Notes: a model not told the origin generated them from the letters alone. A DNA stretch of 32,000 nt from Olavius sp. associated proteobacterium Delta 1 (GCA_902749685.1 CACVKW010001110.1:1-32000), one strand, 5' to 3'; shown: positions 15,355 through 24,427, counted from the stretch's first letter. A program made the numbers and translations.

Positions 15355-16584
15355 TCATTGCGCGGACTGTAATTGATCAAAAGCCTTCAAAATAGCCAGG
15401 GCAAACTCCGGATCGTTGATATGGCAGGGGAGTAGACTCACCATCATCTGATCATTTAGATGCGCCTGTAATGTTTTGGCGAACAGTTGCGGTGCGTCAG
15501 GGTCGTATAACGGTCCTTCTTTGCTGTCAAAAGCGGAAAATCCGTCCATCGGTATCAGCATCTTTACCGGGCCGACGGCCTCATTGCACCTATTGGCAAT
15601 AGTTCGGGAAAGAATTTCAATTTCTGCACGGGTTGAACGAACCACCGTTATGGCCGCATTGTGCACGTGATAAGGCCGGTCGGGAAACAGGCGCCGGGCG
15701 TTTTCCAGGGGGCCGCTAACCAGAAAATCGATATTACCCGGGATAAGAATGGTCGGCAGGCCCAGTTGCAAAGCAGTGTTGCCCCTGTCCGGACCGGCGT
15801 CATAATCACCGCCGAAAAGATGATCTCCTAATTCGTGCAGTGAAAGGTCCACCAGGATTGATACCCCCTCCGGCTCGATCATCTCTTCCATGGCCTCGCC
15901 GCCGGAGCCCACTGTGTGAAATATGACAACTTCGTTGCCCTTTTCTTCCAGAGTCCGGCGCACCTGCTGGGCGCAGGCTTCAGTCGTGCCCAGGGTGGAA
16001 AGAAAAACCAGTGGTTTTGATATGTGATCTTCAGTGACCGGCGCCGGTTGCAGCATGCCCGCTAATGCCATGGCGCCATTGCGAAGTATTTTTCTGGTGA
16101 GGCGATTCAGACCGGCCAGATCACATACTGCATGCAGCATCAAAATATCCTTGGTTCCCACGAATGCCCTGGTGTCGCGTGAAGCCATGGTGGAAATCAT
16201 GACCTTGGGCACCCCGACGGGGAGAGATCGCATTACTCCGCTGGCCAGAGTCGTACCCATAGAACCGCCTAGGCCGATGACTCCCTGAATTCGGTTTTGG
16301 AGATATAACTTCTGAGCGCAGGCAATTGCTCCATTGGTCATTACTTCGAGGGCTTGACCTTCATGACCGATATTTTGAACTTCTTCCAGCGATATTCCGC
16401 CGGCTTTAGCAACTTCTGTTCGACTGATATTTACCGGGACGGGGCTGTGTCCTTTAATGCCCGCATCCATGGTCTGAACGGATATGCCGGCTTGTTGAAG
16501 GCAGGTTGAAATAAAAAGAGCTTCCTGACCTTTGGTATCCATGGTGGCAATCAGAAGTGCTTCAGCGGACTGGGTCAAAATCAC
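15355..16584 (-). CDS. UPF0261 family protein (Tm-1-like ATP-binding domain), paralogue 2
   Basis: 409 aa. Carries ATMDTKGQE, LPVGVPKVMISTMAS, FHTVGSGGEAMEEM, LHELGDHLFGG, GPLYDP and HINDPEFA. Start is GTG 16582-16584. Confidence 0.8.
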   Translation of the reverse strand: MILTQSAEALLIATMDTKGQEALFISTCLQQAGISVQTMDAGIKGHSPVPVNISRTEVAKAGGISLEEVQNIGHEGQALEVMTNGAIACAQKLYLQNRIQGVIGLGGSMGTTLASGVMRSLPVGVPKVMISTMASRDTRAFVGTKDILMLHAVCDLAGLNRLTRKILRNGAMALAGMLQPAPVTEDHISKPLVFLSTLGTTEACAQQVRRTLEEKGNEVVIFHTVGSGGEAMEEMIEPEGVSILVDLSLHELGDHLFGGDYDAGPDRGNTALQLGLPTILIPGNIDFLVSGPLENARRLFPDRPYHVHNAAITVVRSTRAEIEILSRTIANRCNEAVGPVKMLIPMDGFSAFDSKEGPLYDPDAPQLFAKTLQAHLNDQMMVSLLPCHINDPEFALAILKAFDQLQSAQ

Positions 16585-16949
16585 CTCTTTGAACGATGCG
16601 CCATATTTATGTTTGTTCGAATACTTTGGATTCTATCAGACCTTGCAGATATGGCTATGCGCCTGATCAACTGAGCCCCGGTTTAATTGCGATAACAATT
16701 AATTGTAACGGATTAGATAGGCAGTTGCGCCTGATAAATCACAGAATACTCCGGGTAGTCAATAATAAAATTGCAGTGCAATAATATTATTTGAATTATT
16801 GCAATGTGAATACATGCGCGAACATTGAGAAGGTCGCTGAACCCTAAAGGATGTTCGTACAAACGAATCTTATTATTGTAATGGTAGAAAATAATATGAT
16901 ATCAACAAACGCAGGCCATATTTCTTACTATAGTGAAAGGTAGATCAAG

Positions 16950-17834
16950 ATGAGCGTTTGTGTTGAAGATAACGTGCTGGGAGAGCTGTTAACGCTGCTG
17001 AAACTGGAAAAAATTGAAAAAAATATATTTCGCGGCCAGAGCCAGGATCTTGGCTTTGGAAGTGTTTTTGGCGGTCAGGTACTGGGCCAGGCACTTTCGG
17101 CTGCCTACCAGACCGTACCTTCGGATCGCCGCGCCCACAGTTTGCATGCCTATTTTCTCAGGCCCGGGATCGCCACAAAACCAATTGTCTATGATGTTGA
17201 CTGCATCCGGGACGGGAAAAGTTTCACCACCCGTCGCGTTGTTGCGATCCAGAAAGGACGTGCGATTTTTAATATGTCCGCTTCATTTCAAATAAATGAA
17301 ACCGGTTTTGACCACCAGGACGATGCTCCGGAAGTTACGCGACCCGAAGATCTAAAATCCGAACTGGAACTGGCGCATAAGGTGGCCCATAAAATTCCGC
17401 TGAAGATCAGGGATAAAATCCTTTGCAAAAAACCAATTGAGATGCGAACCGTAGATCCCATCAATCCGTTCGCTCCTGAGAAAAGAGAGCCCGTCCGCTG
17501 CACCTGGTTTAAGGCCATCGATCAGCTGCCGGATGAATCTGCGGTTCATCAGTATCTGCTGGCTTATGCTTCCGATTTCGGCCTCTTGTCCCCTTCGCTG
17601 TATCCCCACGGCCATAGCCCCTGGGAAACGGAGATGCAGGTCGCCAGCCTTGATCATGCCATGTGGTTCCATCGGGATTTTCGTATGGATGACTGGCTGT
17701 TGTATGTCATGAAAAGCTCGAATGCCGGCAAGGCCAGAGGGTTAAGTGACGGGAAAATATACACCCGGCAAGGAAAACTGGTTGCGTCTGTGGCCCAGGA
17801 AGGGCTAATACGGTATCATGGTGTTAGAAATTAG
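16950..17834 (+). CDS. tesB: acyl-CoA thioesterase II
   Basis: Near-colinear with the E. coli TesB pattern: LLTLLKLEKIEKNIFRGQSQDLGFGSVFGGQVLGQAL, YFLRPG, DHAMWFH and QEGLIR. Confidence 0.9.
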   Translation: MSVCVEDNVLGELLTLLKLEKIEKNIFRGQSQDLGFGSVFGGQVLGQALSAAYQTVPSDRRAHSLHAYFLRPGIATKPIVYDVDCIRDGKSFTTRRVVAIQKGRAIFNMSASFQINETGFDHQDDAPEVTRPEDLKSELELAHKVAHKIPLKIRDKILCKKPIEMRTVDPINPFAPEKREPVRCTWFKAIDQLPDESAVHQYLLAYASDFGLLSPSLYPHGHSPWETEMQVASLDHAMWFHRDFRMDDWLLYVMKSSNAGKARGLSDGKIYTRQGKLVASVAQEGLIRYHGVRN

Positions 17835-17900
17835 ATCTTTATTTTATCAGAATGCCTAAATTTTATAATCAATTTCAATGCTATTTTGGAAGTGATATAA

Positions 17901-17935
17901 GACGAAAGGTCAAAGGCGAAAGGTAATAAGGATAA
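17901..17935. repeat. 7-nt periodic array GACGAAA GGTCAAA GGCGAAA GGTAATA AGGATAA
   Basis: Direct reading. It lies upstream of the flavodoxin/ferredoxin gene. Confidence 0.6.
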
Positions 17936-17977
17936 AGATTGAAATCCTAATAATAATATAGATGGTTAGGTTAAGAA

Positions 17978-18847
17978 ATGGATATCAAGTTTTTTATAGT
18001 TTTTAGTTCACCGGCGGGTTCCACACGACGCGTTGCTGAAACCATTAAAAAATGCATGAGTCAGCGAAATGTCGATGCTGTTATGTTGGATCTTGGAAAA
18101 GGGGATGACGACTCTGAGGTTATCGACTCGATTCGGGCGGCCGGCAAACAGGCCTGTCTTTTTATCGGCTCACCGGTCTACCGGGATGTGGCGGTGCCGC
18201 CGATTGTCAGCTTTATTGACAGACTGATGACGATGGATAAGGCGATGGCAGTACCTTTTGTAACATGGGGCCAGGCTTGCAGCGGAGTTGCGCTGTGGCA
18301 AATGGGCAACGCTTTAAAACAAAAGGGCTTTAGCATCATGGGCGCGGCCAAGGTCTTGGCGGTGCACTCAATGATGTGGCAAGCTTCAACTCCGGCCGGT
18401 CAAGGGCACCCGGATAAATCGGACTTGCAAAAGATTGAAAAATTAGTGCAATCGCTTCTGCGTCGATTTGAATTCGCTGATTTCACGCCCATTTCAAGCG
18501 GCACCCTTGATTATCAGCCCCATGTTCAAGCCGAACAGATGAAGAAAAAAATTGACGCCCCCTGGATGATCGTACCTAAAAGCGTGAATTTGGAAAAATG
18601 TTCCCAGTGCGGCATCTGCGAGGAAGTCTGTCCGGCTGCGGCAGTGGACATCGCCCCCTATCCACAGATTAATCAGAATTGTTTCGACTGCTTTAACTGT
18701 ATTCGGCTTTGTCCTGAAGATGCCATTGAACCGGCGCTGAGTATGAATGAAATTCAGGAATACATCCGGAAGCGTGTCCGGACCATCAACGAGCAGCCTG
18801 ATACCCAAATTTTTTGTAACCCCAATTCGTTCACGATCAATAATTGA
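17978..18847 (+). CDS. flavodoxin-like domain fused to 2x[4Fe-4S] ferredoxin domain
   Basis: The N-terminal alpha/beta flavodoxin-like segment reads IVFSSPAGSTRRVAE...FIGSPVY. Two cluster motifs are present: CSQCGICEEVCP and CFDCFNCIRLCP. Confidence 0.75.
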   Translation: MDIKFFIVFSSPAGSTRRVAETIKKCMSQRNVDAVMLDLGKGDDDSEVIDSIRAAGKQACLFIGSPVYRDVAVPPIVSFIDRLMTMDKAMAVPFVTWGQACSGVALWQMGNALKQKGFSIMGAAKVLAVHSMMWQASTPAGQGHPDKSDLQKIEKLVQSLLRRFEFADFTPISSGTLDYQPHVQAEQMKKKIDAPWMIVPKSVNLEKCSQCGICEEVCPAAAVDIAPYPQINQNCFDCFNCIRLCPEDAIEPALSMNEIQEYIRKRVRTINEQPDTQIFCNPNSFTINN

Positions 18848-18857
18848 GGCAGAGATT

Positions 18858-19523
18858 ATGAAGACATGGTTGAGTATTCCAATAGTAATGCTGATTTTTA
18901 TGGGTTGTGTTTTCTGGGGAGAGACGCGTGAAAAAACGTTAACTGCGCGTCAGGTAACCGATGAAAAAGTTTTTACATACGGCTCGGTATCCGTTAAAGT
19001 AAACCCGGATTTAAAATATATGACTATATCGGGCAATATAAAGATAGAGATAATGGGGAAAGTCAGTACCCCGACTAAAAGAAAATTTCACATTTTCACT
19101 CGTCCCGGGATGGACACTATCGTTTTCATCGAGACTCATACCAGGAACCATCCCCATACCTTTGATCAGTCGCAAGATTTAACAAAAAAAATGGTTACGA
19201 TACAAAAAGGAACCAAACCAATTGATGGCAAGACCTGGGATGTGTACGTTAGAGCCCATCCCCAGTTTCCCGAGCAGCTATTGAGCGCCGTCGAACAAGA
19301 AGGCATTCAGATAAAACAGTATCGCTGCGGCCTGGAAATCGGGGTTGGCCGGGTGATAAATCGCTATAACAGAATCTATGTCAGCTACCTTAAGGGCGTT
19401 GATGACTGTCAGGGGCTGCCGCAAAATGGCAGCGTTCTTAGTGATAATCAATTAAAGATGATACGAGAGTTTTCGCAGCAGTTTGACGCGAATATCACGA
19501 TTTCAGATCAATCCGGCTCCTGA
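18858..19523 (+). CDS. hypothetical secreted protein or possible lipoprotein
   Basis: The internal ATG 18858-18860 is preceded by GAGGCAGAG. The signal peptide reads MKTWLSIPIVMLIFMGC, an approximate lipobox. The longer ORF-track start would overlap the preceding gene by 100 nt. Confidence 0.55.
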   Translation: MKTWLSIPIVMLIFMGCVFWGETREKTLTARQVTDEKVFTYGSVSVKVNPDLKYMTISGNIKIEIMGKVSTPTKRKFHIFTRPGMDTIVFIETHTRNHPHTFDQSQDLTKKMVTIQKGTKPIDGKTWDVYVRAHPQFPEQLLSAVEQEGIQIKQYRCGLEIGVGRVINRYNRIYVSYLKGVDDCQGLPQNGSVLSDNQLKMIREFSQQFDANITISDQSGS

Positions 19524-19711
19524 CGATAAGATGAGTTGCCTCTTTGGGCACGCAAGCCACAAGCAGATCCCGTCTTTCTTGCACTTATCCTCGTCAATGA
19601 TCAGCCTTCCCTTTTTTTCCCTTTCTTTTTTTTAGTTCTCCACCTTCCGCATCCTTGCCGCGGCATAGTCCCACCCTTCAGGGACGACGACGGGTCCCAC
19701 TTCCGAATTCT

Positions 19712-20929
19712 TTAAACCCCAGATAACCTGGTTCGAACCATACTATCCATCAAATCGGCCGCGACCAGACCAAAAGCCTGGTCGTTTATATGATAATTCA
19801 CTTCGCGAATCTCGATCTGGGGATTGAGAATAGCTTTTAACCTCTCGGTAAAAACTGTGTTCATTTTCGGATCGTATAAGGGTCCATCCTCCCGGTCGGC
19901 TTCGGACCATCCGCTTGTTGGTATCAAAAATTTTATATTTGCCGGATTCCGATTTAATTTTTCCGCAAGCTGATTCGCCAGGATAGTTGATTCATCGGCG
20001 TTGAGACGTATAGCTGATCGAAAGTCATAGTAAAAAATTTTCCGGTCCTGGTATTGGGGAGGGACGTTTTGACGGGTGAATTCTAGCACCGCACAGTCCA
20101 GACCGCCAGGTACCACCAGGCGCGGAATTGATCGTTGCGGGACGGGTTCATATCTCTGCGGCCCAATCGCGCCGCAATAACCATTCATCAGGTGGTCTGC
20201 CAGTTCGTGGGTTGCGAGATCCAGGATTCCGTCAAAATATCCTTCGGCTGCAAGCTCTTCCATGGCCATACCGCCGGTTCCATTGGCATGAAAGGCAATC
20301 ACCTCGTATCCCAGAGCTTCCAGCGCCCGGCGGGTGTATTCGGCCCCGCTAGTGATAAATCCAAAAAAGGGCAGGGCAATGCGTTTTTTTTGTTTATCGG
20401 GCTGCCATTGACTTTGAACCATGCCACAAATGGCGCCTGCGGATTTGTCGAGGATATTGCCGGTTATACTGTTGACGCCCAGCAGATCTGCGACACTGTG
20501 CATCATCGTAATATCCTTTGTTGAGACAATATCTGCCATATTGCGTGAGGCCACAGTAGATACCATCATCTTGGGCACTCCCAGGGGCAGCTGGCGCATA
20601 ATCGTTGTACAGATATAGGTACCGGTTCCGCCCCCGGCCGATATGATTCCAGTGATCTTTCCTTCCTGATGGAGGAGATTGATTAATATTCTGGCTTCAT
20701 CAAGCATGGCATTTATTGCTGTATCCCGGTCCTCAAAAAGGCTTTTACCATCAGCGCTGACAGAGTCGAAAAGATCCAGGTCCACCTTGATCGGAGAAGG
20801 TGCCCCGGTTCCCACATTAATCGTCAATACAGATAATCCCCTTTGCTCAATACGTTGCTTTAGAAAAAGATGTTCCTCGGCTTTTGAGTCAAAAGTACCC
20901 AAAACGGCAATACAGCAGTTTTTTTTCAT
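19712..20929 (-). CDS. UPF0261 family protein (Tm-1-like ATP-binding domain), paralogue 3
   Basis: Carries LGTFDSKAEE, LPLGVPKMMVSTVAS, FHANGTGGMAMEEL, THELADHLMNG, GPLYDP and HINDQAF. The preferred start is ATG 20927-20929 (GAGG upstream). The alternative is ATG 20986. Confidence 0.8.
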   Translation of the reverse strand: MKKNCCIAVLGTFDSKAEEHLFLKQRIEQRGLSVLTINVGTGAPSPIKVDLDLFDSVSADGKSLFEDRDTAINAMLDEARILINLLHQEGKITGIISAGGGTGTYICTTIMRQLPLGVPKMMVSTVASRNMADIVSTKDITMMHSVADLLGVNSITGNILDKSAGAICGMVQSQWQPDKQKKRIALPFFGFITSGAEYTRRALEALGYEVIAFHANGTGGMAMEELAAEGYFDGILDLATHELADHLMNGYCGAIGPQRYEPVPQRSIPRLVVPGGLDCAVLEFTRQNVPPQYQDRKIFYYDFRSAIRLNADESTILANQLAEKLNRNPANIKFLIPTSGWSEADREDGPLYDPKMNTVFTERLKAILNPQIEIREVNYHINDQAFGLVAADLMDSMVRTRLSGV

Positions 20930-21018
20930 TGGTGCCTCGAAATTCCGACTTTCGACTTCATAAATCTGACCTCTAAATTTTGGCATCCGTCGTCCGTCTA
21001 CGCTTTGCGTATTTCCCT

Positions 21019-21498
21019 TTACACCTCATGCAAACTGAAAAATCCATCCTTGTGCCAGATCAGCGGCGGTTTTCCCGTATCCTGCTGAGAAACGACTCGT
21101 CCAATAAATATTCGGTACCCCTGAATCTCATGGCTGCTTTCAACATTGCAAATCATCCAGGCCGCAGCTCCTTCAGGTATTAACGCCTGGCTCCATGTTT
21201 CGGAGATGGATTTAATGGAAAATTTTTCAAATTTATCCACATTATCCCCCTTGACACTGCCAACCTGCTTGGCCAGCTGCTTGTGGCTTGCGCCGGCGAT
21301 AACCAGGGTAAACTTAGCTGATTCCAGTATCAGTTTCTCCGTGAGATGGCCCTGGGCAACACTGATCGCCAGCAGGGGCTCTTTTTCAGACACAAACATG
21401 GCCGTGGCCGTCATGATGTCACGTGCCGCACCATGCGCTGTACTCACAAAAACCACCGAACACGGCAGCCAGTAAAAGACATTGTTTTCTCTATCCAT
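21019..21498 (-). CDS. flavin reductase-like (FMN-binding split-barrel) protein
   Basis: 159 aa with the pattern VVFVSTAHGAARDIMTATAMFVS..PLLAISV....T..LI.ES..F.L.I, then GSVKGDNVDKF and GYRIFIGRVV. Start is ATG 21496-21498 with GGAGGA upstream. Confidence 0.72.
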   Translation of the reverse strand: MDRENNVFYWLPCSVVFVSTAHGAARDIMTATAMFVSEKEPLLAISVAQGHLTEKLILESAKFTLVIAGASHKQLAKQVGSVKGDNVDKFEKFSIKSISETWSQALIPEGAAAWMICNVESSHEIQGYRIFIGRVVSQQDTGKPPLIWHKDGFFSLHEV

Positions 21499-21971
21499 CA
21501 GCTATATCCTCCGGTTCAGGATCGAATTTTTAATGAAAAAAAACTTCCTGATAATTTTCTATCCTTTATCATATTGTTTATGCAATTTGGAGAATTATTC
21601 AAGTTATATAATAGTTGCGTGATTGTAATTTGTAAAGTGAATGGGCCTCTGCGCCGATTTGGAAGGGGCACAACGATTGCTCATTTTTTTTCTTGCCAAC
21701 ATGAAAAAAAAGGCTAAAATTAAAGAATACGGATATCCGGGAAGCTCAAGTTGAAGGAGTTCTAACTATTTTATCCCCCTCTCTCAATCCCTGCGACTCG
21801 ACTGAGCTCGTCCCTGGCCGCCAGGGGAGGGGAGTGAAATTCCATGTACTTGGAATTTGTAGATATCCAGGTTAAAGATAATGGATAAAGGGCCGATACC
21901 AAAATTACTGGATGATTTTGGTTGGGATATGAGATTTCTAATATAGCTATGGATACGATAAATTATTAAAA

Positions 21972-22376
21972 ATGAGTGACAAACTTACCGTAACCGGAAA
22001 AATTGTAAGTGGAGAGAAAAAAGGGGCTTTTTTTACCCAGCTTGATTGGGTTCAGAATCAGTGCCAGGAAAAACTTGGGTTCAAACCCTTTCCGGGTACG
22101 CTCAACCTTGAAGTCGAGGAAGCAAAAATTCCCCATATCGAAGCGCTCTTCAAGAGAAGCAGCATAGAACTGGTGCCGCCGGATTCAAATTTTTGTGACG
22201 GACATGTGTATCCGGTATCGATCATGGGCATTGCCGGAGCCATAGTCGCACCGGCTGAAGATGTCAGGGTCCATGGCAAAAATATTATTGAATTAATCGC
22301 TCCCACCCGTTTGAAAGATGCAATGGACGTGGATGATGGGGATGAGATCATGCTGGTAATTACTCCGCCCAGATAA
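21972..22376 (+). CDS. ribK: archaeal-type (CTP-dependent, RibK/DUF120) riboflavin kinase domain protein
   Basis: 134 aa. GKIVSGEKKGAFFTQLDWVQNQCQEKLGFKPFPGTLNLEV matches the RibK signature (GxVxSGxGxG.F....., GF.PFPGTLNL). Confidence 0.78.
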   Translation: MSDKLTVTGKIVSGEKKGAFFTQLDWVQNQCQEKLGFKPFPGTLNLEVEEAKIPHIEALFKRSSIELVPPDSNFCDGHVYPVSIMGIAGAIVAPAEDVRVHGKNIIELIAPTRLKDAMDVDDGDEIMLVITPPR

Positions 22377-22642
22377 ACAGCAATACCAGGATTGGATAAA
22401 GCATAGCCGCCCTGTTGAAACTGATGAGAATATCTTGATGTCGACCGGGCGGATTGATTAATTTATGCTGCACATTTTTTTTATGTTTTTTGATTCATTT
22501 TAGTTGCTTGTGTAAAATTCGTAAAAATTTGCCGCTTCAATCTTTCTCTTATCTCAGATTTTCAAAGAACGATTTAGTTTTCGCTAAATTCAGCGTGTAT
22601 TCACAAAAAATTTGTGTTGCAGGTGAGGGGTGGAAAATAAAT

Positions 22643-24277
22643 TTACTTGGCTGAAAGATTGGTCGGTTCCCGGCCGGGTGCGACAATGCCGCGGCGCTCG
22701 AGCAGCGATCCGTCCTGCCGGTAAAGATCGATCAGCGCCTTGAGGTAGCTGGCAAGGGCCCGCACCTCAGCGATCCGGCTGACCAACAGATCCCGCTGGG
22801 CTTGCGCCACCACAAAGCTGGTTGATTTTCCGACCCGCAGTTTTTCGGTTTCGGTCCGGAGCTTTTGCTCGTCGAACATGCGGGTGACCGAGGAGGCGGC
22901 AATCTGCTGTTTGGCGCGATTGACCTCGATATAGGCGGTGCGCACGTCGACTTCCACGAGCTGCGAGAGATTTTCAAGGGCTTTTTGGGCCTGGTCTCGA
23001 CTCAGCAGCGCCCGCTGGTGTCGAGCCCTGGCATCCCGATTAAAAACGGGATAGTGGAAGTTCACCCCCGCCAGGGCGTCATAACTGTCTTTGTCGATAT
23101 TGCGAACGGACTCGCCAAATGAATTGGCATAGCCGCTTTTGCCAAGCGTGATGAAAAGATCCATTAAGGGCAGCAATCCGTTTTGGGTTCTGACAAGCTC
23201 CAGATCGCCGCGCAGGATCTCCAGCCGGGCTTCGTTTAGGATCGGACGCATGCGCATCGACACATCCACGTGCAACTCAACGACTTCCAGCTTGATTTCG
23301 GGTAAGGTCGGTTGATGGATCAAATCAATTTCGCGCTGCCAGAGACCGGGGCCTAACGGGTTGAGCAGGCGCAGCAATTGCAGTCGCATTGATTCCTTTT
23401 TGGTGCGGGCTTCGATGAGGGCCTGCTCCTGTAACGCAACCTCGGCCTGGACGGCCGCCAATTCGGCCTTGGCCAATCGGCCGACGGCGATCAGCTCTCT
23501 GGTTTCGTTGAGTTGCTGCCGGGCGACTTTCAGGGACTCCTCAACAATTTCGATCTGACGCCGCGCCAGCGCATAGTCCCAATAGGTCCGTTCCACCTCC
23601 GCCACCAGAAACTCGGTAAAACCCCGCAACTCATATTCCGACATGCGCGTATCCAGGCGTGCCTGCTGCAGTCGGGCCAGATTCACCTCCGTTCCGTATC
23701 CTCGCAGCAGCGCCTGAGTCACCGTCATGCCCAGGCGGTTCGTATAAAAGATGTCTTCGTAAAGAGAGGCGTCATTCAATTGCGTGCCGGCTTCCAGGGC
23801 TACCGTCGTGCCGGTCGGGAAATATTGCTCTAAAGAAATGATGCCTTCGGCGCCATCGGTGGTAAAATCCTCAGTTCCAGATCCGGACCTTTCGAGCCGT
23901 TCTCCTTTGACCCTGCCGGCGGAGACGTCCGCGTATATTGCCGGATCAAAAACAGCTCTTTCCTGATCCTCGAAGGTTTGCTGGATCGAGGGATCCAATC
24001 TTTGCACCACAAGCGAGCGGTTGTTTTCAAGGCAAAGCAAAATGGCTTCGGTGATGGTGACTTTTAAAGGCCCCGGCGGCACCTTGGGCGCCGCAATCTC
24101 TTCGGGTTGCCCGGAAGACTCCAGGCGCATGTGCACCGCTGTATCGGCAGGCACATTCGGCCCTCCCGCCGTGCGATCAATCCGTTCCTCGACCAGCGTA
24201 CAGGACGCCGCCACCAGCAATAACCCACCCACGGCAAAAAACTGCAGCAGACGATGATAACATCTTGTAGACATCAT
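22643..24277 (-). CDS. TolC/NodT-family outer-membrane efflux lipoprotein
   Basis: 544 aa. The signal peptide ends in the lipobox-like VAASC. Two coiled-coil and beta-barrel repeats are typical of outer-membrane factors. Start is ATGATG at 24272-24277 with GAGGA upstream. Confidence 0.85.
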   Translation of the reverse strand: MMSTRCYHRLLQFFAVGGLLLVAASCTLVEERIDRTAGGPNVPADTAVHMRLESSGQPEEIAAPKVPPGPLKVTITEAILLCLENNRSLVVQRLDPSIQQTFEDQERAVFDPAIYADVSAGRVKGERLERSGSGTEDFTTDGAEGIISLEQYFPTGTTVALEAGTQLNDASLYEDIFYTNRLGMTVTQALLRGYGTEVNLARLQQARLDTRMSEYELRGFTEFLVAEVERTYWDYALARRQIEIVEESLKVARQQLNETRELIAVGRLAKAELAAVQAEVALQEQALIEARTKKESMRLQLLRLLNPLGPGLWQREIDLIHQPTLPEIKLEVVELHVDVSMRMRPILNEARLEILRGDLELVRTQNGLLPLMDLFITLGKSGYANSFGESVRNIDKDSYDALAGVNFHYPVFNRDARARHQRALLSRDQAQKALENLSQLVEVDVRTAYIEVNRAKQQIAASSVTRMFDEQKLRTETEKLRVGKSTSFVVAQAQRDLLVSRIAEVRALASYLKALIDLYRQDGSLLERRGIVAPGREPTNLSAK

Positions 24278-24361
24278 ATCAGATCCTCACAAATCCCGAT
24301 CTAGCCCGATGGCGGTCGGTTTGGTCCTATTTGCAGGTGTTTTAAAACGCGTTTTTATACC

Positions 24362-24427
24362 TAGGCTGAGCGGTTCAGGGTTCAACGTTCCGGCGGTTGT
24401 AACCTTTGAACCTTGAACCTGGAACCG
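24362..24427. repeat. heptamer-word hairpin (GGTTCAR arm / TGAACCT arm) upstream of the tolC-like gene
   Basis: Arms at 24371-24393 and 24401-24427 are about 80% complementary. The left arm is a near copy of 1858-1889. Confidence 0.7.

Noticed and set aside
19524-19610. Minus-strand peptide ...LIIDEDKCKKDGICLWLACP... resembling a 4Fe-4S ferredoxin motif
   Set aside because: The Cys spacing (C-x2-D-x2-C-x4-CP) is off. An in-frame TAA lies just upstream, there is no start codon, and the segment is very short. At best it is a decayed fragment.
19730-19739. GGTTCGAACC, a tRNA T-arm-like string
   Set aside because: It lies inside the UPF0261-3 coding frame (…MVRTRLSGV). No acceptor or anticodon stems can be drawn around it.
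784-20986. Longer ORF-track gene models: 784-1881, 1979-3109, 12568-13536, 13978-15165, 18747-19523, 19712-20986
   Set aside because: The 5' extensions start at TTG or GTG, or lack an SD. They run into repeat arrays or overlap the upstream gene. Internal ATGs with good SD sequences give N-termini typical of the families or of signal peptides. The start choices remain unverified.
21824-21843. GGGGAGGGGAGTGAAATTCC upstream of ribK, resembling the GGGGCAGGGTGAAATTCCC core of the FMN (RFN) riboswitch
   Set aside because: Only this ~20-nt string and a vague GGTTAAAG...GGAT match are present. The remaining conserved helices (ACCGGCGGT, AGCCCGCGA and others) are missing. The span is about half the length of an RFN element. 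The AAATTCCA...TGGAATTT part is explained by a simple local hairpin.
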